Assembly (NCBI GenBank): GCA_951406725.2
Contig: OX597830.1
Coordinates: forward strand, 43,214,001-43,278,000
Reading direction: 5' to 3'
Source: Octopus vulgaris
Lineage: Eukaryota
DNA: 64,000 nt
Shown here: piece by piece, positions 1-14,399 of the stretch
How the letters are laid out: each line of letters opens with the position of its first letter
How positions within the stretch are numbered: the first letter of the stretch is position 1
Position numbers and translations under genes: made by a program
Notes under the pieces: model-generated
Told to the model about the DNA's origin: nothing
Databases searched by the model: none
Seen by the model: the letters and a program-made list of their open reading frames with translations, nothing else

Positions 1-334
1 TGCCTCCGGCACAAGAGCCAGTCAAGCTGTACTGGCAATGATGGCAGAATATGGGTATTGGCAGGGTGTAGTAGAGAGGAATTCAGCTAATATGTTATTC
101 TGGAGTCTGGAGGAACACAAAGGGGCCATTGATTATTTGATGGACCCTTCCTCAAAAGGAACAAAAACCTCTACAGCTTCTTTGAATTCTGGGTTGAGTT
201 CACCCTTTGTGGTTTAAAAGCAGCAGCAGCAGCAGCAGAAGCAGCAGCAGAAGCAGAAGAAGAAGAAGAAGAAGAAGAAGAAGAAGAAGAAGAAGAAGAA
301 GAAGAAGAAGAAGCTACAAAGTTATCCCTTTTGC

Positions 335-557
335 TTCTTTTATTTGTTTCAGTCATTTGACTGCTGCCATGCTGGAGCATTGCCTTTAGTCGAACAAATC
401 ACCTCCAGGACTTATTCTTTATAAGCCTAGTACTTATTCTATCAGGGCTTTTGGCAAACCATTAAGTTATGGGGATATAAGTACACCAGCATCGGTTGTC
501 GAGTGATGGTGGCAGGGGACAAGCACAAACACACACACAAATATATACATACGTACA

Positions 558-593
<36 letters not shown>

Positions 594-955
594 GGCGACG
601 AGCTGGCAGAAACGTTAGCACGCCGGGCGAAATGCTTAGCGGTATTTCATCTGCTGCTACGTTCTGAGTTCAAATTCCGCCGAGGTCCACTTTGCCTTTC
701 ATCCCTTCGTGATCGATAAATTAAGTACCAGTTACGCACTGGGGTCGATATAATCGACTTCATCCATTTGTCTTCTCTATGTTTAGCCCCTTGTGGGTAG
801 TATAGAAAAAAAATATATATATATATACAATGGGCTTCTTTCAGTTTCCACCTACCAAATCTACTCACAGAGCTTTGGTTGGCCTGAAGATCACACAGTG
901 GGACTGAACCCAGAACCATGTGATTGGTAAACAAGCTTCTTATCACACAGCCACG
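335..955 (-). mobile_element. tRNA-derived CORE-like SINE (family B) with a nested family A SINE
   Basis: Matches the reverse of the full copy at 30249-30631; interrupted at its internal microsatellite by 593-805. Confidence 0.8.
593..805 (+). mobile_element. tRNA-derived SINE family A (octopus OK-like)
   Basis: ggcgacgagctggcagaaacgttagc...gagttcaaattcc (A/B boxes)...gcctttcatcc..gtcgataaa..gtacc; many further copies in the window. Confidence 0.85.
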
Positions 956-1685
956 CTAAGTGAAAGTCACAATAATGCAGAAAATATTTTTTAAAGATTA
1001 TTTTCTTTTCTTCATATCTTTTATCTTTTACTTGTTTCACTCCTTAGACTGAGGCCATATATCAGACTGGAGCCTGGTGCAGACTCCTGGGTTCCCAGAC
1101 CCCAGTCAAATAGTCCGACCCATGCCAGCATGGAAAACGGACGTTAAACGATGATGATGTTGATGATGATGATATATATATATATATGTATATATATGTA
1201 TGTGTGTATTTGTGTCTGTGTTTGCCCCCGCCCCTCACTTGACAACTGATGTTGGTGTGTTTACGTCCCGGAAAGATAGCGGTTCAGCAAAAAGAGGCCA
1301 ATAGAATAAGTACTAGGCTTACAAAGAATAAGTCCTGGGGTTGATTTGTTCAACTAAAGTCGGTGCTCCAGCATGGACGCAGTCAGATGACTGAAAACAG
1401 TAAAAAAAATAAAGAATAAAAGTGCCAGTTAATGTCAAATTTTTTTCTACTTAAATTCTCCATTATTTCACAAAATTAACCAAAACGAATGCTGAGCATT
1501 TCACAGAAACATAACAACAGATTGGTTAACAAGCTAGTAAACTGGTGGTGCTTGTCTCCTCTCTTGGTGTGGCTGGTTTCTTGGTCAAAAGTCCTTCTTT
1601 CCACTGAGAGGTCTTATTTTTAATCTGGTTGAACAATCATTCTCCATCACAGACTCCCAGCTTCCTTTTCAACCAGTATGTAGAG

Positions 1686-1975
1686 CAGTGTTTTTCAATC
1701 AGGGTTCCATGGAGCCCTAGGGTTCTTCAAAGGTTCCTTGGGGCTCTTCAAGAAAGAGTCAGATAAGCTAATGCTAACTTCACAATCGTAACATTACTAG
1801 ACATGTTATTAGTTATTGTAATATTGTAATATAGACATAATCCTTACTACGTGAACTACGGTGAAAAAAATATGAGAAAGATATGGTATATAATTGGGTT
1901 TTTTATTTTTTTGTGCTGGGATTCCCTGAGGCATGTAATTTATTTTGAAGGTTACACAAGGGTTGAGAAACACTG
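1686..1975. mobile_element. hAT (Charlie-like) MITE
   Basis: TIRs CAGTGTTTTTCAA / TTGAGAAACACTG with a perfect 8-bp TSD ATGTAGAG. Confidence 0.9.
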
Positions 1976-2754
1976 ATGTAGAGTTAGGAAATGAGAAAAG
2001 TTTAGGTACTGACCAACCAGCCATGAAATCAGGGCCAAGTTAGTGACCACCAAATAATGATAACAAGGCTGTTTTAATAGCATCATAGGCCCCTGGGCAA
2101 ATTAATGTATTGGGTCCTATGATAGTTAATTATTCACAGCAAGCCATAGGATGCATAGATCAGAATTTGGCCCCTAGATTTATTCCCTTTCTCTCAGACA
2201 ACCACCCAGTGGACCCATTCCTTTAAACTGCATTGCATGACAAGCTGTGCAGACTTACACAGTCTCTAAAATAGCTGTTTTCTTTTTATCAACCAGCTGA
2301 GTGTGATTTGAAGGAGATTTAGTTTCTATTTCTAGCATGTTGAACAACCAGACAGAGGCTCTTTTCAGTGTTCACGTACTAGGTCAATGAGAGTAAAGAA
2401 AAACAACTAAACGAATATATAATTAACTTTGTTAAATAACAATAGTTTTGTGAGTAAATATTGATTTTGAGCAATTCTCCAGATATAAATTAAAAATTTA
2501 GATGTCTCATTTACTGAGAAACCCAATCTCAATTTTTAGCCTTGTTCCTTCTATCATTCTTTCTCATGGTTGTAAGGCTGTGAGTTCAATTCTTGGCTCT
2601 TCCATTTGTTGCCCCTGGGCCCCTCAAAAAACACACTGCCTACAGCAGACCCAAAAGTGTCATCCCTTTAAAAGTGCCACCCCTACCCCCCCATCCAGCT
2701 AAGCCAGTGCATGTATGTATTTGCAAAGTAGATGGAAACTGTGTGTGCATGTTT

Positions 2755-2786
<32 letters not shown>

Positions 2787-3290
2787 AAGAGAGAGTGTGT
2801 GTGTGTGTGTGCATTTGTGTGTAAGTGAGCGTGTATATTTGTACTTGTCCCCACCCACCTCCACCTGACAGATGGTGATGGTTTGTTTACAACCCTGTAA
2901 CTCAGCAAAACAGACCAATAGAATTAGTACCAAACTTATAAAAATAAGCCCTTGAGTTGATTCGTTTGACTAAAAATCTTTCAGCGAAGTGCTCCAGTAT
3001 GAGCGTAGTTCAGTGACAAACAAATAAGAGATAAATAAAAATATAATGAATGGACAAAGTAATTCGATAAAAAAGGGACAAAGCAAAAAAAAAAAAAACG
3101 GGGCCCATTTTGGTCAAAATTTTCCTGTTTTGGTAGAGATTGGAACTTTTGAAATGGTAAATGATCGAAATGCAAATTGGAATTGAAAAGACATTCTTGT
3201 CAATAAATTCAGATTCTTCAACCACGAAAACATTTTAAGAAAATTGGGAGACTTTCAGAATAACTGATTATTATTATTATTATTATTATT

Positions 3291-3751
3291 GAGTGAGAGA
3301 GCAGTGCATGCCATCAAAGTGACACTGGGGTAAAATATACGAAGCCCAATATACCCATCATGACTACCCGTCTGATAAGGGTACACCAGGCACATGCATC
3401 ACAACCATATGTGTGCGACATGGTGATCTCATATCAAGATAAACAGCACATGACCTTGCAGGTGGGACCCAGTTAGAATTTTCTTCAGGTTGAGTAGCCC
3501 ATCCCGCTCAAAAGGTCCCTGAATAAGGGTTGTTTAAGGATGTTGAAAGAACCACCCATGTTTCCAGAGGTGAATTATTCAAACCCCAAAGAATCCCTCT
3601 CAACACATGGCTATGATGCTCCCCCACTACTTCTGCTCGTGATCAGAGATGCACATATTGTCAGCCACTAAGGGACATGCTCAACTGGTTATGGTCAAAC
3701 AACTGACAAGCAAATCTGTGGTATTGAGCAGAATATTTGCTGTAGCCCATC

Positions 3752-3754
<3 letters not shown>
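3291..3754 (-). mobile_element. (TAA)n-embedded non-autonomous retroposon, truncated copy
   Basis: Near-identical to 16695-17251 (reverse) and to the ends of 42550-43970; flanked on both sides by (ATT)n. Confidence 0.85.
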
Positions 3755-3808
<54 letters not shown>

Positions 3809-4190
3809 TTCAAGAATGGTAAGGAGTCGAGCTGACAGAATCATTAACTCGCAGGCCATAACGCTTAGCAACATTGCGTTTGTCTTAACAGATGTTCTGA
3901 GTTCAACTTCCGTCGAGGTGGACTTTGCTTTTCATCCTTTCGGGGTTGATAAACTAAGTACCAGGTGAGTACTGGGATCGATGTAATCGACCAGTCCCCT
4001 CCCCCAAATTTTCAGGCCTTGTGCCTATAGTAGAAATGACTATTTTCAAGAATGGTATTTCAGGTGTGACAAACATTAATACTGGTAATTCCAGAAATAT
4101 ACAATGAAGAAGAGGTGGTGGTGGTGGTGGGGAGTGGGGGGGGCTAAGAGAATTGAAAAATATGGATTTTTGAAAATAAAATTAAAATAT

Positions 4191-4333
4191 GGCTATCTTT
4201 CGGTGTTGGTAGATGACATCATTCATCCACATCCCCTCTCCTCGTGACATAAATAAAGAGGCTAGGCTGAAAAGAGATGAATGACATCGTCTCCTTAAAG
4301 TGACTCTCTGTAGACCAACACCGAAGGATCACC
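4191..4333. mobile_element. Small MITE-like element
   Basis: Imperfect ~22-bp terminal inverted repeats ggctatctttcggtgttggt / accaacaccgaaggatcacc. Confidence 0.5.
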
Positions 4334-5714
4334 AAACAAAAATTAAGGTGTATTACGAATATTTCAGAATATGTCGAATGTTTTTACTGATCATTTTTTA
4401 AAAACATTTTTCAACATTATAATAGAAATTTTTTCAAAATCATAACCGATTTAATATTTATTCATTACAATTTGCGGAAGTTGAACAGTAAAAATGTAAA
4501 AAAAAAAAAAAAAAGGAAACAAATAAAAAAGAATAATGTAATAAATAAATAAATAAAAAAGTAAATAAATAAAAAGGCATGCACGGTCTCTCAGAGATTC
4601 TCCAAATGAAAACAGCAACAGAAATACTTGGATTGAAATTTCCTACAAAGGAAGGAAATTTCATTCAAATTTATCGTTACTGTTTCTAGCTCTGGTTGAC
4701 ACTGATCGAGCAGATAAATGAAGGATCAAATACATTCCTTCTGGAACTCCCACATCTCTTTGAAGAGATATTGTCCAGGACTACATTACCCTCTCCTACC
4801 TGCCTTTTATTTATTTTTATTTTCAGACACTTGGGGGCGAGATAGGGGAAGTTCGGTTGCTAATATTTAGCAGGGGTCGAATTTGCTTTTCATCTTTTCA
4901 GACTCGATAAAATAAGAACCAGTGGAACACTGGAATCGATATAATCGATTTACACCTCGTCCTTCGAAATTGCAGACCTTGTGCTAAAATTCGAAACCGA
5001 TATTTAGCAGGATGAGCGACCGATCAATTGGAGAGGCTCCCTTGTAGCCCGCAGAGCCCAGATCGTGAACTCCCTTCCACCCCAGCCATCACAGGCAGTG
5101 TTTAAGAAAGAAAGGAAGAAAGAAAGGAAGAAGGAAAGAAAAAGAAAGAAAGAGGAAGAGGAAGCAAAAGGATAATAAATAGATGTCACTGGTTATATCA
5201 ATAGTGATACTGCTGCTACTGTTGTTGAGGTCAATCGTTCGTTGATAGACAGATACCCAACACAAGCATCCCTTCGACAAATTGTTTCCCCCACCCTCCA
5301 CTATCCAAATGTTCGGTGGTTATTAACGCTCCATTCATAATTTCGTACAAGTCCTACTGTTCATTCTTTCATTCATTCATTCGTTCATTCATTCATTCGT
5401 TCATTCATTCATTCGTTCATTCATTCGTTCATTCGTTCATTCAGTTGTGCCAATATACACAACGCGTTTCTAATCTCTGTATAACAATCAATACAACCAT
5501 CATCAATCACCACCACCACCACCACTACTACTTCTACTACTACAACTGCTGATGCACCCCCTACTACTACTATTACTAGTACTACTACTACTACTGGAAG
5601 TAGTAGTAATTCGTTTTCTGTCAATGCTTTCTATTTTCTCCAATTGTTCACGGCTTCTTTTCCCTGCTTAAATTCTCTTTCTCCTTCTCACTATGTATGC
5701 ATGTATGTATGTAG

Positions 5715-5771
<57 letters not shown>

Positions 5772-6242
5772 GAGAGATGTCTACATAGACACATACACGC
5801 ACATCAACCTATAAACGCAGGGCTGCTAGATCAGGGCTGAACTGTGAAGAGGGACTAAAACAACAGCAGCCCTTTTCTATTGTCCCTTACACTCGCTCCC
5901 GCGAATTATGTCTGTAGTGCCCTAAAATTCACTTGGTTACCATGGCAGCAACTGGCTTCACTGAAAGTAAAAATTCCACTGAAAGAAAAAAAAAGGGAGA
6001 CTATACACACACACACGTACGCACACACGCATGTACGCACGCACACACGCACGCACATACACTTCCATGTACATACATAAGAATGAAGGACAATTCTAAT
6101 TCTAAGGTGAATGAACTTGGTGTACGTGTATGTGTGTGTATATATATATATATATATAATCTTTCTTTCTACACATATATATATGTGTGTGTGTGTGTGT
6201 GTTTAATAGATAAATAGATAGGTATGTGTGTGAACGTATAAG

Positions 6243-6301
<59 letters not shown>

Positions 6302-6787
6302 TGCATCTACGCGCGAGTTATTGTATATGTACATAGTAAAAGGTAGCAATTGAAATTTTGCAACCAGCCAAAGCTCCATTCACTTTGACTTATAAAACCC
6401 CGCGCAACGGAGGAAATGGATTTTAAAAAATGTATGTGCGATGTGAAATTCATGCATTTTGCGAAAAAATAATTAGCGAAAGAATTCATTTACATAGGTA
6501 CAATTGCAGATTTAAAAGTATTGGAGTTGATAACGTTAGTAGTAGTAGTAGTAGTAGTGGCAGTAGCGACAGTAGTAACAACAAGGGTAATAGCAATGGT
6601 CATGTGGTAATGTTGGTAGTGGTGGTGGTGATAATGGTAGTCATAGTGATTATATAGTCATACATTTAAGCTTGAGTTATATATTTATAGGTACGTATAT
6701 ACATACATACATACATATATAAATGTTTATGTGTGCGTGTGTGTGCGCGCGTATATATATACACACACGTGCATACATACATATACA

Positions 6788-6998
6788 TATTTCTACCCAC
6801 AAGGGGCTAAACAAGGACAGACAAAGGGATTAAGTCGATTACATCGACTCCAGTGCGTAACTGGTACTTTATTTATCGACCCCGAAAGGATGAAAGGCAA
6901 AGTCGACCTCGGTGGAATTTGAACTCAGAACGTAGCGGCAGACGAAATACCGCTAAGCATTTCGCCCGGCGAGCTAACGTTTCTGCCAGCTCGCCGCC
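6788..6998 (-). mobile_element. SINE family A
   Basis: Reverse complement of the 593-805 family, well preserved. Confidence 0.85.
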
Positions 6999-7117
6999 AC
7001 ATATATACAGATATATATATAATCATACGATTGTTGCCGATATTGAACTTGCATCCATCTTCCACTTTGTCTTCACACACACACACACTAATATTTATAT
7101 GTATGCATACACATCTT

Positions 7118-7189
<72 letters not shown>

Positions 7190-7209
7190 GCCATCTCTCT
7201 CTCTCTCTC

Positions 7210-7260
<51 letters not shown>

Positions 7261-7332
7261 GTATACCGGAGTAAACACATAAATGTGAAACAAGGTGGAA
7301 AAAAGAGTACTCAAATACCAGTGGTAGAGTAA

Positions 7333-7508
7333 TATGCTTTATTTAAAGCAGCAGAAATTCAACAAAATCTGTTACTCTGAGTTTCTCGTTGTCGTTCATC
7401 AGACAGTTTTTGCTAGAAAAAACAGTTCTAGCAAAAACTGTCTGATGAACGGCAACGAGAAACTCAGAGTAACAGATTTTGTTGAATTTTCTGCTGCTTT
7501 AAATAAAG

Positions 7509-7512
<4 letters not shown>
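7333..7512. repeat. Near-perfect palindrome (~86-bp arms, 7-nt loop) of a hammerhead-bearing unit
   Basis: tatgctttatttaaagcagcag...tttgctagaa / ttctagcaaa...ctgctgctttaaataaagtata. Confidence 0.95.
7438..7475 (+). ncRNA. Minimal type-I hammerhead ribozyme motif (mirror copy at 7369-7406 on the minus strand)
   Basis: CTGT-CTGATGA-aCG GCAA CGa-GAAA-CTCAGAG-TA-ACAG: intact core, stem I CUGU/ACAG, short GNRA-capped stem II, near-palindromic stem III, GUA triplet. Confidence 0.7.
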
Positions 7513-7540
<28 letters not shown>

Positions 7541-9081
7541 CACACACACACAAGCGCACGTATATTTATACTTTTTCAATAAATACTCCATCCTTCTCCC
7601 CCATTATTATATTTAAGAACAAACACGACGAAATACACGTGCTTTTCAAAATTGTAAAGAATAGCAGCAGACAGAGGTGAATCTCCTTTTCTATTCACGT
7701 TTCCCGTATATTATTAGGCGGACAGCACTATTAAAAATTTAATATTAGTATATTAGACACACAATTACACTCATTATGCCTTCTTAATAGATTGACATCG
7801 TTAAAGGTAAATGCTGTTTATTTGTTTGTTTATTATATGGCTGCGTTAACAATGACGACGACGGCGGCGATCCATTTACGCAGTCAACGTCGCAGTCAAT
7901 AGCCATCCACTACATCATTTTATATTTAGGGACCTCTCTCTCTCATTCCTGTTTTACATGATTGGATCCTTAGAGCCACTCGATGATTAAAAAGCAGAAA
8001 ACCCTGTTATATTCATATAGTTAAATATGAAGAATTGTATAACACAAACTGTTAAGATATTCTGTGTATTGTAGAATTATAATCGATTTATTCTCTTATT
8101 ATTTTACTTGTTTCAGTCATTTGTCTGCGGCCATGCTGGAGCACCACCTTTTAGTCGAACAAATCGACCCCAGGACTTATTCTGTCGGTTCTTTTGCCGA
8201 ACCGTTTGTCAAGCGATGGAGAGGGGACAAACATACACACACGCACACAAATACATACATACATACATACATATATGCACGACGGGCTTCTTTCAGTTTC
8301 CGTCTACCAAATCCTCTCACAAGGTTTTGGCCGGCTCGAGGCTATAGCAGAAGACACTTGCCCAAGGTGCCACGCGGTAGGACTGAACCCGGGAAGCAAG
8401 CTTCTTACTACACAGTTGAGAACCATTACACTATATGGTCATTCGGCTTGCTAGAAACTGTAGTGAAATCCTCTCCACGTAAACTAACCGTCTTTACAAA
8501 AAGAGAAAGAAACCAATAGGATATATTCCATGCCATAGATACAGCAGGAATGAAGGCAGCGATAGGAGAAAGACGTTAGCGTGCCTGACAAAATGCCAAG
8601 CTGCATCTCTTTCGGCTCTTTTAGTTCTGTGTTCAAATTCTGCCGGGGTCAGCTTTTATCCTTTAGGAGTCGATATGATAAGTACCAGTTGAGCACTGGA
8701 ATCTTTGTAATCGACTAAGCCTATTTCCTTAAAGGTTGTTGACGTTTTGCGAAAATTCGAAACCATTTGAATGAAAAAAAAAAAAATCCCCAGATAATCA
8801 TAAAAGCAGGATGGTCCTATGGCGGCTAATCTGGAGACTAAATAAGAGAACATTCTTTTATTTTTTTTTTATTTTTTTTTTTTTAATAGGAGCCAACAAG
8901 AATATTATGATGAAAATGGTAGAATGGTCACGCTGTTCACCACCGCCGCCGTCACCACCGCCACCACCACCGCCGCCATCAACACCACGATAACTACCAC
9001 CGAGGCGAGATCCCCCACTGGAGCTTAGGATGTATGGATGTGATGGTGATATGATGGTGATGACGGTGGTGGTGAGATGAA

Positions 9082-9112
<31 letters not shown>

Positions 9113-9818
9113 ATCTTGTGGCTAGGCACTAAACGAAGAGTTTTCAGCTGCTGCACTGGCCCCGCCCCTCGGGTTCCAGTTCATCCTACCCCTTGCACTC
9201 TGAAAGCTTAAAATTTCTACCGGTGTTTAGCGGTGTTTTTAGGTTGTTGAAATGGTATTGCGCATTTCAGTTATACAGGATTCCTTGTTTCCGATCAATT
9301 TTTGGGGAAGTTCCAACAACATTTTAAGAAATCAGTTTTTCCAGCAAAGTACTTTGAAGTTTATTCAACAAACTGGGGGGGGGGGGGTTGTACCCGAAGG
9401 GGTTCGGTAAAACAGGGTTTAAGTGGCGACGGTGGTGGTGGTTGTGTCGTCAATCATCGATGATAAGATACCGTTACGAACTAAAAAGTAATAATAATAA
9501 TGAAAAATAAATGACTGGATCTTCGTCGGTTTTGACGATGAGCATTTGGTTGTCCGAGAAGAACTGAACTACATACTCCAGAAATCAGTGTAAGTGATAA
9601 AAACATTCTCACAGAATGAAAGCGCGTGACAAGATCAAACCATTACAAACATAACCGACAGGCTTCCACACAGTTTCCTTTTATTTAATTTCACTCAAAA
9701 GGCTTGGAGGTCGATAACGCCCCACCACCACCAGTGACATCTTAACCACGTGCCCTAGTTTTCGTGGGATATCCCATGTAATTCAAGGCAAAACTTGACT
9801 ATATTCGTCCATTTAGGG

Positions 9819-10175
9819 CAGTGGTTCTCAACCATTTTTTTTTCTTACTTATGGACCCATTTCATTTCCATTTTATTCTGGTAGACCCTCGTAGCCATTC
9901 GATAGGTGCTTCTTTCAAATTTCCAATTTTGTTTTTCACCCATTCACTTGTGTAGGTTTGCAACAAAACCCTCTGAGAAAACATGTTTCAGTGGCTTGAA
10001 ACGTGTTCAAAGACACCTATTTTTTTCTTGTACTAAATACGTCCAAAGCAAAACTTTTTCATGAACACTTAAAAATACTACCGTGAATCCTCAACCTGCT
10101 TTTGCTTTTGCTTTTGTGGACTCGCAAAAATCTTATACGAACCCTCTACGGCCATACCCCCGTTGAGAAACTGCG
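9819..10175. mobile_element. hAT MITE
   Basis: CAGTGGTTCTCAACC ... GTTGAGAAACTGCG with 8-bp TSD ATTTAGGG. Confidence 0.85.
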
Positions 10176-11139
10176 ATTTAGGGTATATACTTGTGTACCG
10201 AGAACGCCGCAGTACTCCATCTCCGAAAGCAGGAACCAGTATCTCATCAGGCAGTGAAGCAGCTCTGTGGGAGTTTTCGCCTCTTCCACCGCGACACCAG
10301 AGCTACCCGGGGCCACCCACCGATGGAGACGACAAAACTCTCACAAAAGTGCACAGGCTTTGCTAGGTCAGGTGTTGCGACTCTGGACCAGATATTTCTA
10401 CTTTCCTCATCGCATTTTTTTTTTACTCCAGTTCTCAATTAAAAGAAGAAACGAAAAACCAACAACCTGGGAGTAAGGGAGTAAAGAAAGTAATTATATA
10501 GCAGGGGAAGAAAAACCTCAGAAGGGCATTCAGTATTCAAAATACGAAATGCAGTGGGGCCTCACACATAAGAAATACAGTGAGTTGGAAAACTTGGTTA
10601 CCTATGCAATTAAAATACAGAAATTCCCTCTACCGTGTTAAAAAATCTATGAAAAAAAAAAAAGAAAAAAAAACCAAGAGAGATGTCTAATTCTTTCCAT
10701 AATGGGCGTTAGGCTGACTATTTTGTGGGGGGGGGGGTCGAAGGAGTTGCTAGTCGATTACATTGACCCTTGACTTGTACTTAGTTTATTAACCCCGTAA
10801 GCGTAAAAAGTCTAGGTCGAACTCGACGGAATTCGAACTCCGAACGTAAAGCCGGAAGAAATGTCGCTGAGTATTTTGTCTGGCGTGCTAACGATTCTAC
10901 CAGCTCGCTGCCCTCAAGAGAAGTATAAGAAAATTACATGAATATGTTTGTAAAATATAGAAAATGCAATTAAAGGGAGCTGGTGAAAGCAATGCTTCCT
11001 TCATGTTTCGGTTTTATTAGGGGTCCTCGGCAAAACATTCTACCTCAGTAAGAGAAAGACCAATCTTCTATCTGTTTCATATCGGTCGTCTGAAGAAAGT
11101 CTTCCCAGTGCAAACTGCTTGTTAGTGGAACACCACTGA

Positions 11140-11660
11140 TACAAGTATCTCAGGTGCTGGCAGAGTAATGTGCCGTCTCCATCACTCGATCTTCAGAAAA
11201 GGAGAGGTAAGTAAAAAACGAGCCAGACTCGTAATCTTCAATTCGCTTTTCGTGCCTATCCTCACCTATTGTCATGAATGTAGGGCAATGACCGAAAAAG
11301 AAGGATTGCGAATAGAAGCAGTCGAAATGGAGTTCGTCCGCAGGGCTTCTGGAGTAACGTTACTCAACAGAGTGCATAGCTCGGACTCACCATGTTGAAC
11401 CACCACTTCTCTGCATTGAGAGGTCACAGATCCGTAACTATAGACATGTCATTAGAATGTCGCAAAAAAGGATTCCAAGACAGATTCTTCAAACCGAGCC
11501 AAACAATAGGAGACCTGAGGGGAAACGAAAAATGAGATGACTTGATAATACTCATAACCTCAGTTGGTTATGCTTGGGAGTCCAACCGGAACGTCTAACG
11601 ACAGTTGCTTCTGGTAGGTCCTGAGGAGGAGGCGCCCTCCTCGGGTGAAGATGGATGTAT
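11140..11660 (+). mobile_element. RTE-clade LINE 3' fragment
   Basis: IFNSLFVPILTYCHE...RIEAVEMEFVRR...IERSQIR...RIPRQIL...RRPEG..KMR, the typical RTE ORF C-terminus, degenerate. Confidence 0.8.
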
Positions 11661-11680
11661 ATATATATATGTCTGTGTGT

Positions 11681-12478
11681 ATTACATGGAAAAATGCAAG
11701 CAAGAGAAATAACATTCTTAAGATTATAAACCTGGAAAAGTACAGAACAAGTTATTACACTTGGAAGAGTTCATGTTATTACATCTAGTAAAGTACAGAA
11801 CAAGAAAATTTTTACTGAAAATATTGCAGCTGAGGATAGAATTTCAAATAAAATATTTAGATTTAGAAAATATTAGCTTTTATTAAAACTAAAAATTTTA
11901 ATACAAGTTATTACTTGTTGCTTCTATAAAAAATAAAAAATAATTCAATTAAAATATTTTTTGCACTTAAAGAAAAAACTCATTTTTAAAATTATTAATT
12001 AATAATAAGAAATTTGAAAATAGGTTATAAAAAATAATAGTAGTACATAATTAGTACAATAAATAGAATACAAAAATTAGTTACACATGACACTAAAATC
12101 TATCTATAACAATAAATTCACAGTAAAATTTGCTTGAGTTATTGCCTAAGTAATTGCCAAGTCTTCCCATTTTTAGTCTTGACCCAAAGCCTATTTTTTA
12201 TCTAATGAATTTGCCTACCATATATACTATTCTACTTTGCATAAAATTTTAGCTATATTGGTACTTCTGGCTCTCATTTTTTAAGTATTCTAGTGTGTCA
12301 ATATTTCAACAAAATGATGGTACCTTTTTTTATTATAATCTTACTTTGTAAATTAAAATTAAATAACTTTATTCTTAGCTGCAATATTTTAAGTAAAAAA
12401 TCTTCTTGTTTTGTAGTTTACCAGATGTAATAACTTAAAGAACATTATCTCTCTTGCTCGCATTTTTCAATGTAATCC
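11681..12478. mobile_element. AT-rich foldback/MITE-like element with long imperfect TIRs
   Basis: 11681-11840 matches the reverse complement of 12369-12478; the left arm has extra tandem subrepeats (gttattaca..aaagtacagaacaa). Confidence 0.65.
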
Positions 12479-13425
12479 AAGTTTTTTCCAGGTTATGCTA
12501 TTATGCTAATTAATAATGTGTCAATTAATAATTTAAGATTTTACCTAACTGAAAATTAGCGGTGATGTTGATAATATTTCCTTACCTCAATGATGCCGGT
12601 GACATACACTAAAAGTCCACTCATTCATAAAAAATATAGAACTATATTATCACCCTCAAATTTGAGAAACAAACGCTCATAACTTTTTTCTTTAAAACTT
12701 CATTGCATGAGACTGATACCATGGAATTCCTCGAATTGAGTTCTATCATTTAAGCTTAATTAAAATATATTTTGTTTTTAAAATATAAAAGTTAATTATA
12801 CTTCAATCCAATTTTTTGTCTTGTGTTTTTTTCATATTTTACCTCACAACTTTTTTGATACAAATTTTTGTTGCATGGAAACACAACTGAAATTCTTCAT
12901 GCTTTCTTCTATCATTGAAGCTCAGATAAATTTATTTTGCTTTTAAAATAAAAAAAAAAGTTATTTAGATCTAAACGTGACTGGAGGCGTTACTTACTCT
13001 CCTATAACGTTGCTACAAATTTTAGTGTAAACTTTTTGCTACTGGACCAAATCCCAATTTTTTTATGCCAAGATGTAGCTAGTGACCAGTCTTCTTCAGA
13101 AATGTTAACAGTTTTTAATTTAGTTAAGAACTGAATTAGTAAGAAACTCTGAAAGTTGCTGTTTGTGAGCAAATTACGTCCTTAAGAATATTATTCAACT
13201 ACTACCGTAGTGTGTGAATGTGTGAGTGTGTATGCTCTTTTATTTTGTTACTTGTTTCAGTCATATGACTGTGGCCATGCTGGAGCACCGCCTTTAGTCG
13301 AACAAATCGACCCTCAGGACTTATTCCTTGTAAACCTACTACTTATTGTATCGATGTTTTTGCCGAACCGCCGCTAATTTACGGTAAAGAATTGTCGAAC
13401 CCTCATACGTCGACGACGCGCGAGT

Positions 13426-13471
<46 letters not shown>

Positions 13472-13489
13472 GTAACTTCAGCAATCTAA

Positions 13490-14045
<556 letters not shown>

Positions 14046-14053
14046 ATATATAC

Positions 14054-14214
14054 ATGGATCAAAACAGTTCAATTCAAATTCGTTGATGCTCTTGAGTTTC
14101 AAGCGTGATGCTAGTCGTCGTCAGCCATTTTGAATACTCAAAATGGCTGACGACTAACATCACGCTTGAACCTCAAGAGCACCAACAAATTTGAATCAAA
14201 CCGTTTTGATCCAT
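14054..14214. mobile_element. Palindromic MITE-like hairpin
   Basis: ~78-bp arms atggatcaaaac...cagccattttga / tcaaaatggctg...gttttgatccat with a 4-nt loop. Confidence 0.8.
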
Positions 14215-14271
14215 ACATGTAACTCCCAATAAATTGGTTGAGCGCCCTTCTTTAGTTTGTCCACTCACTTG

Positions 14272-14305
<34 letters not shown>

Positions 14306-14399
14306 AAGGGGTTTGTGTTATTGTGTATAGAAGAATATATTACTCAAAGGAATTCCAACTCTGTTTTTTGTTTTATTTATATTCTTATAATATTAATAT

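Noticed and set aside
1-205. Complex sequence at the window start as a possible SLC6 exon
   Set aside because: I recognised no SLC6 motif; it is more likely a LINE remnant.
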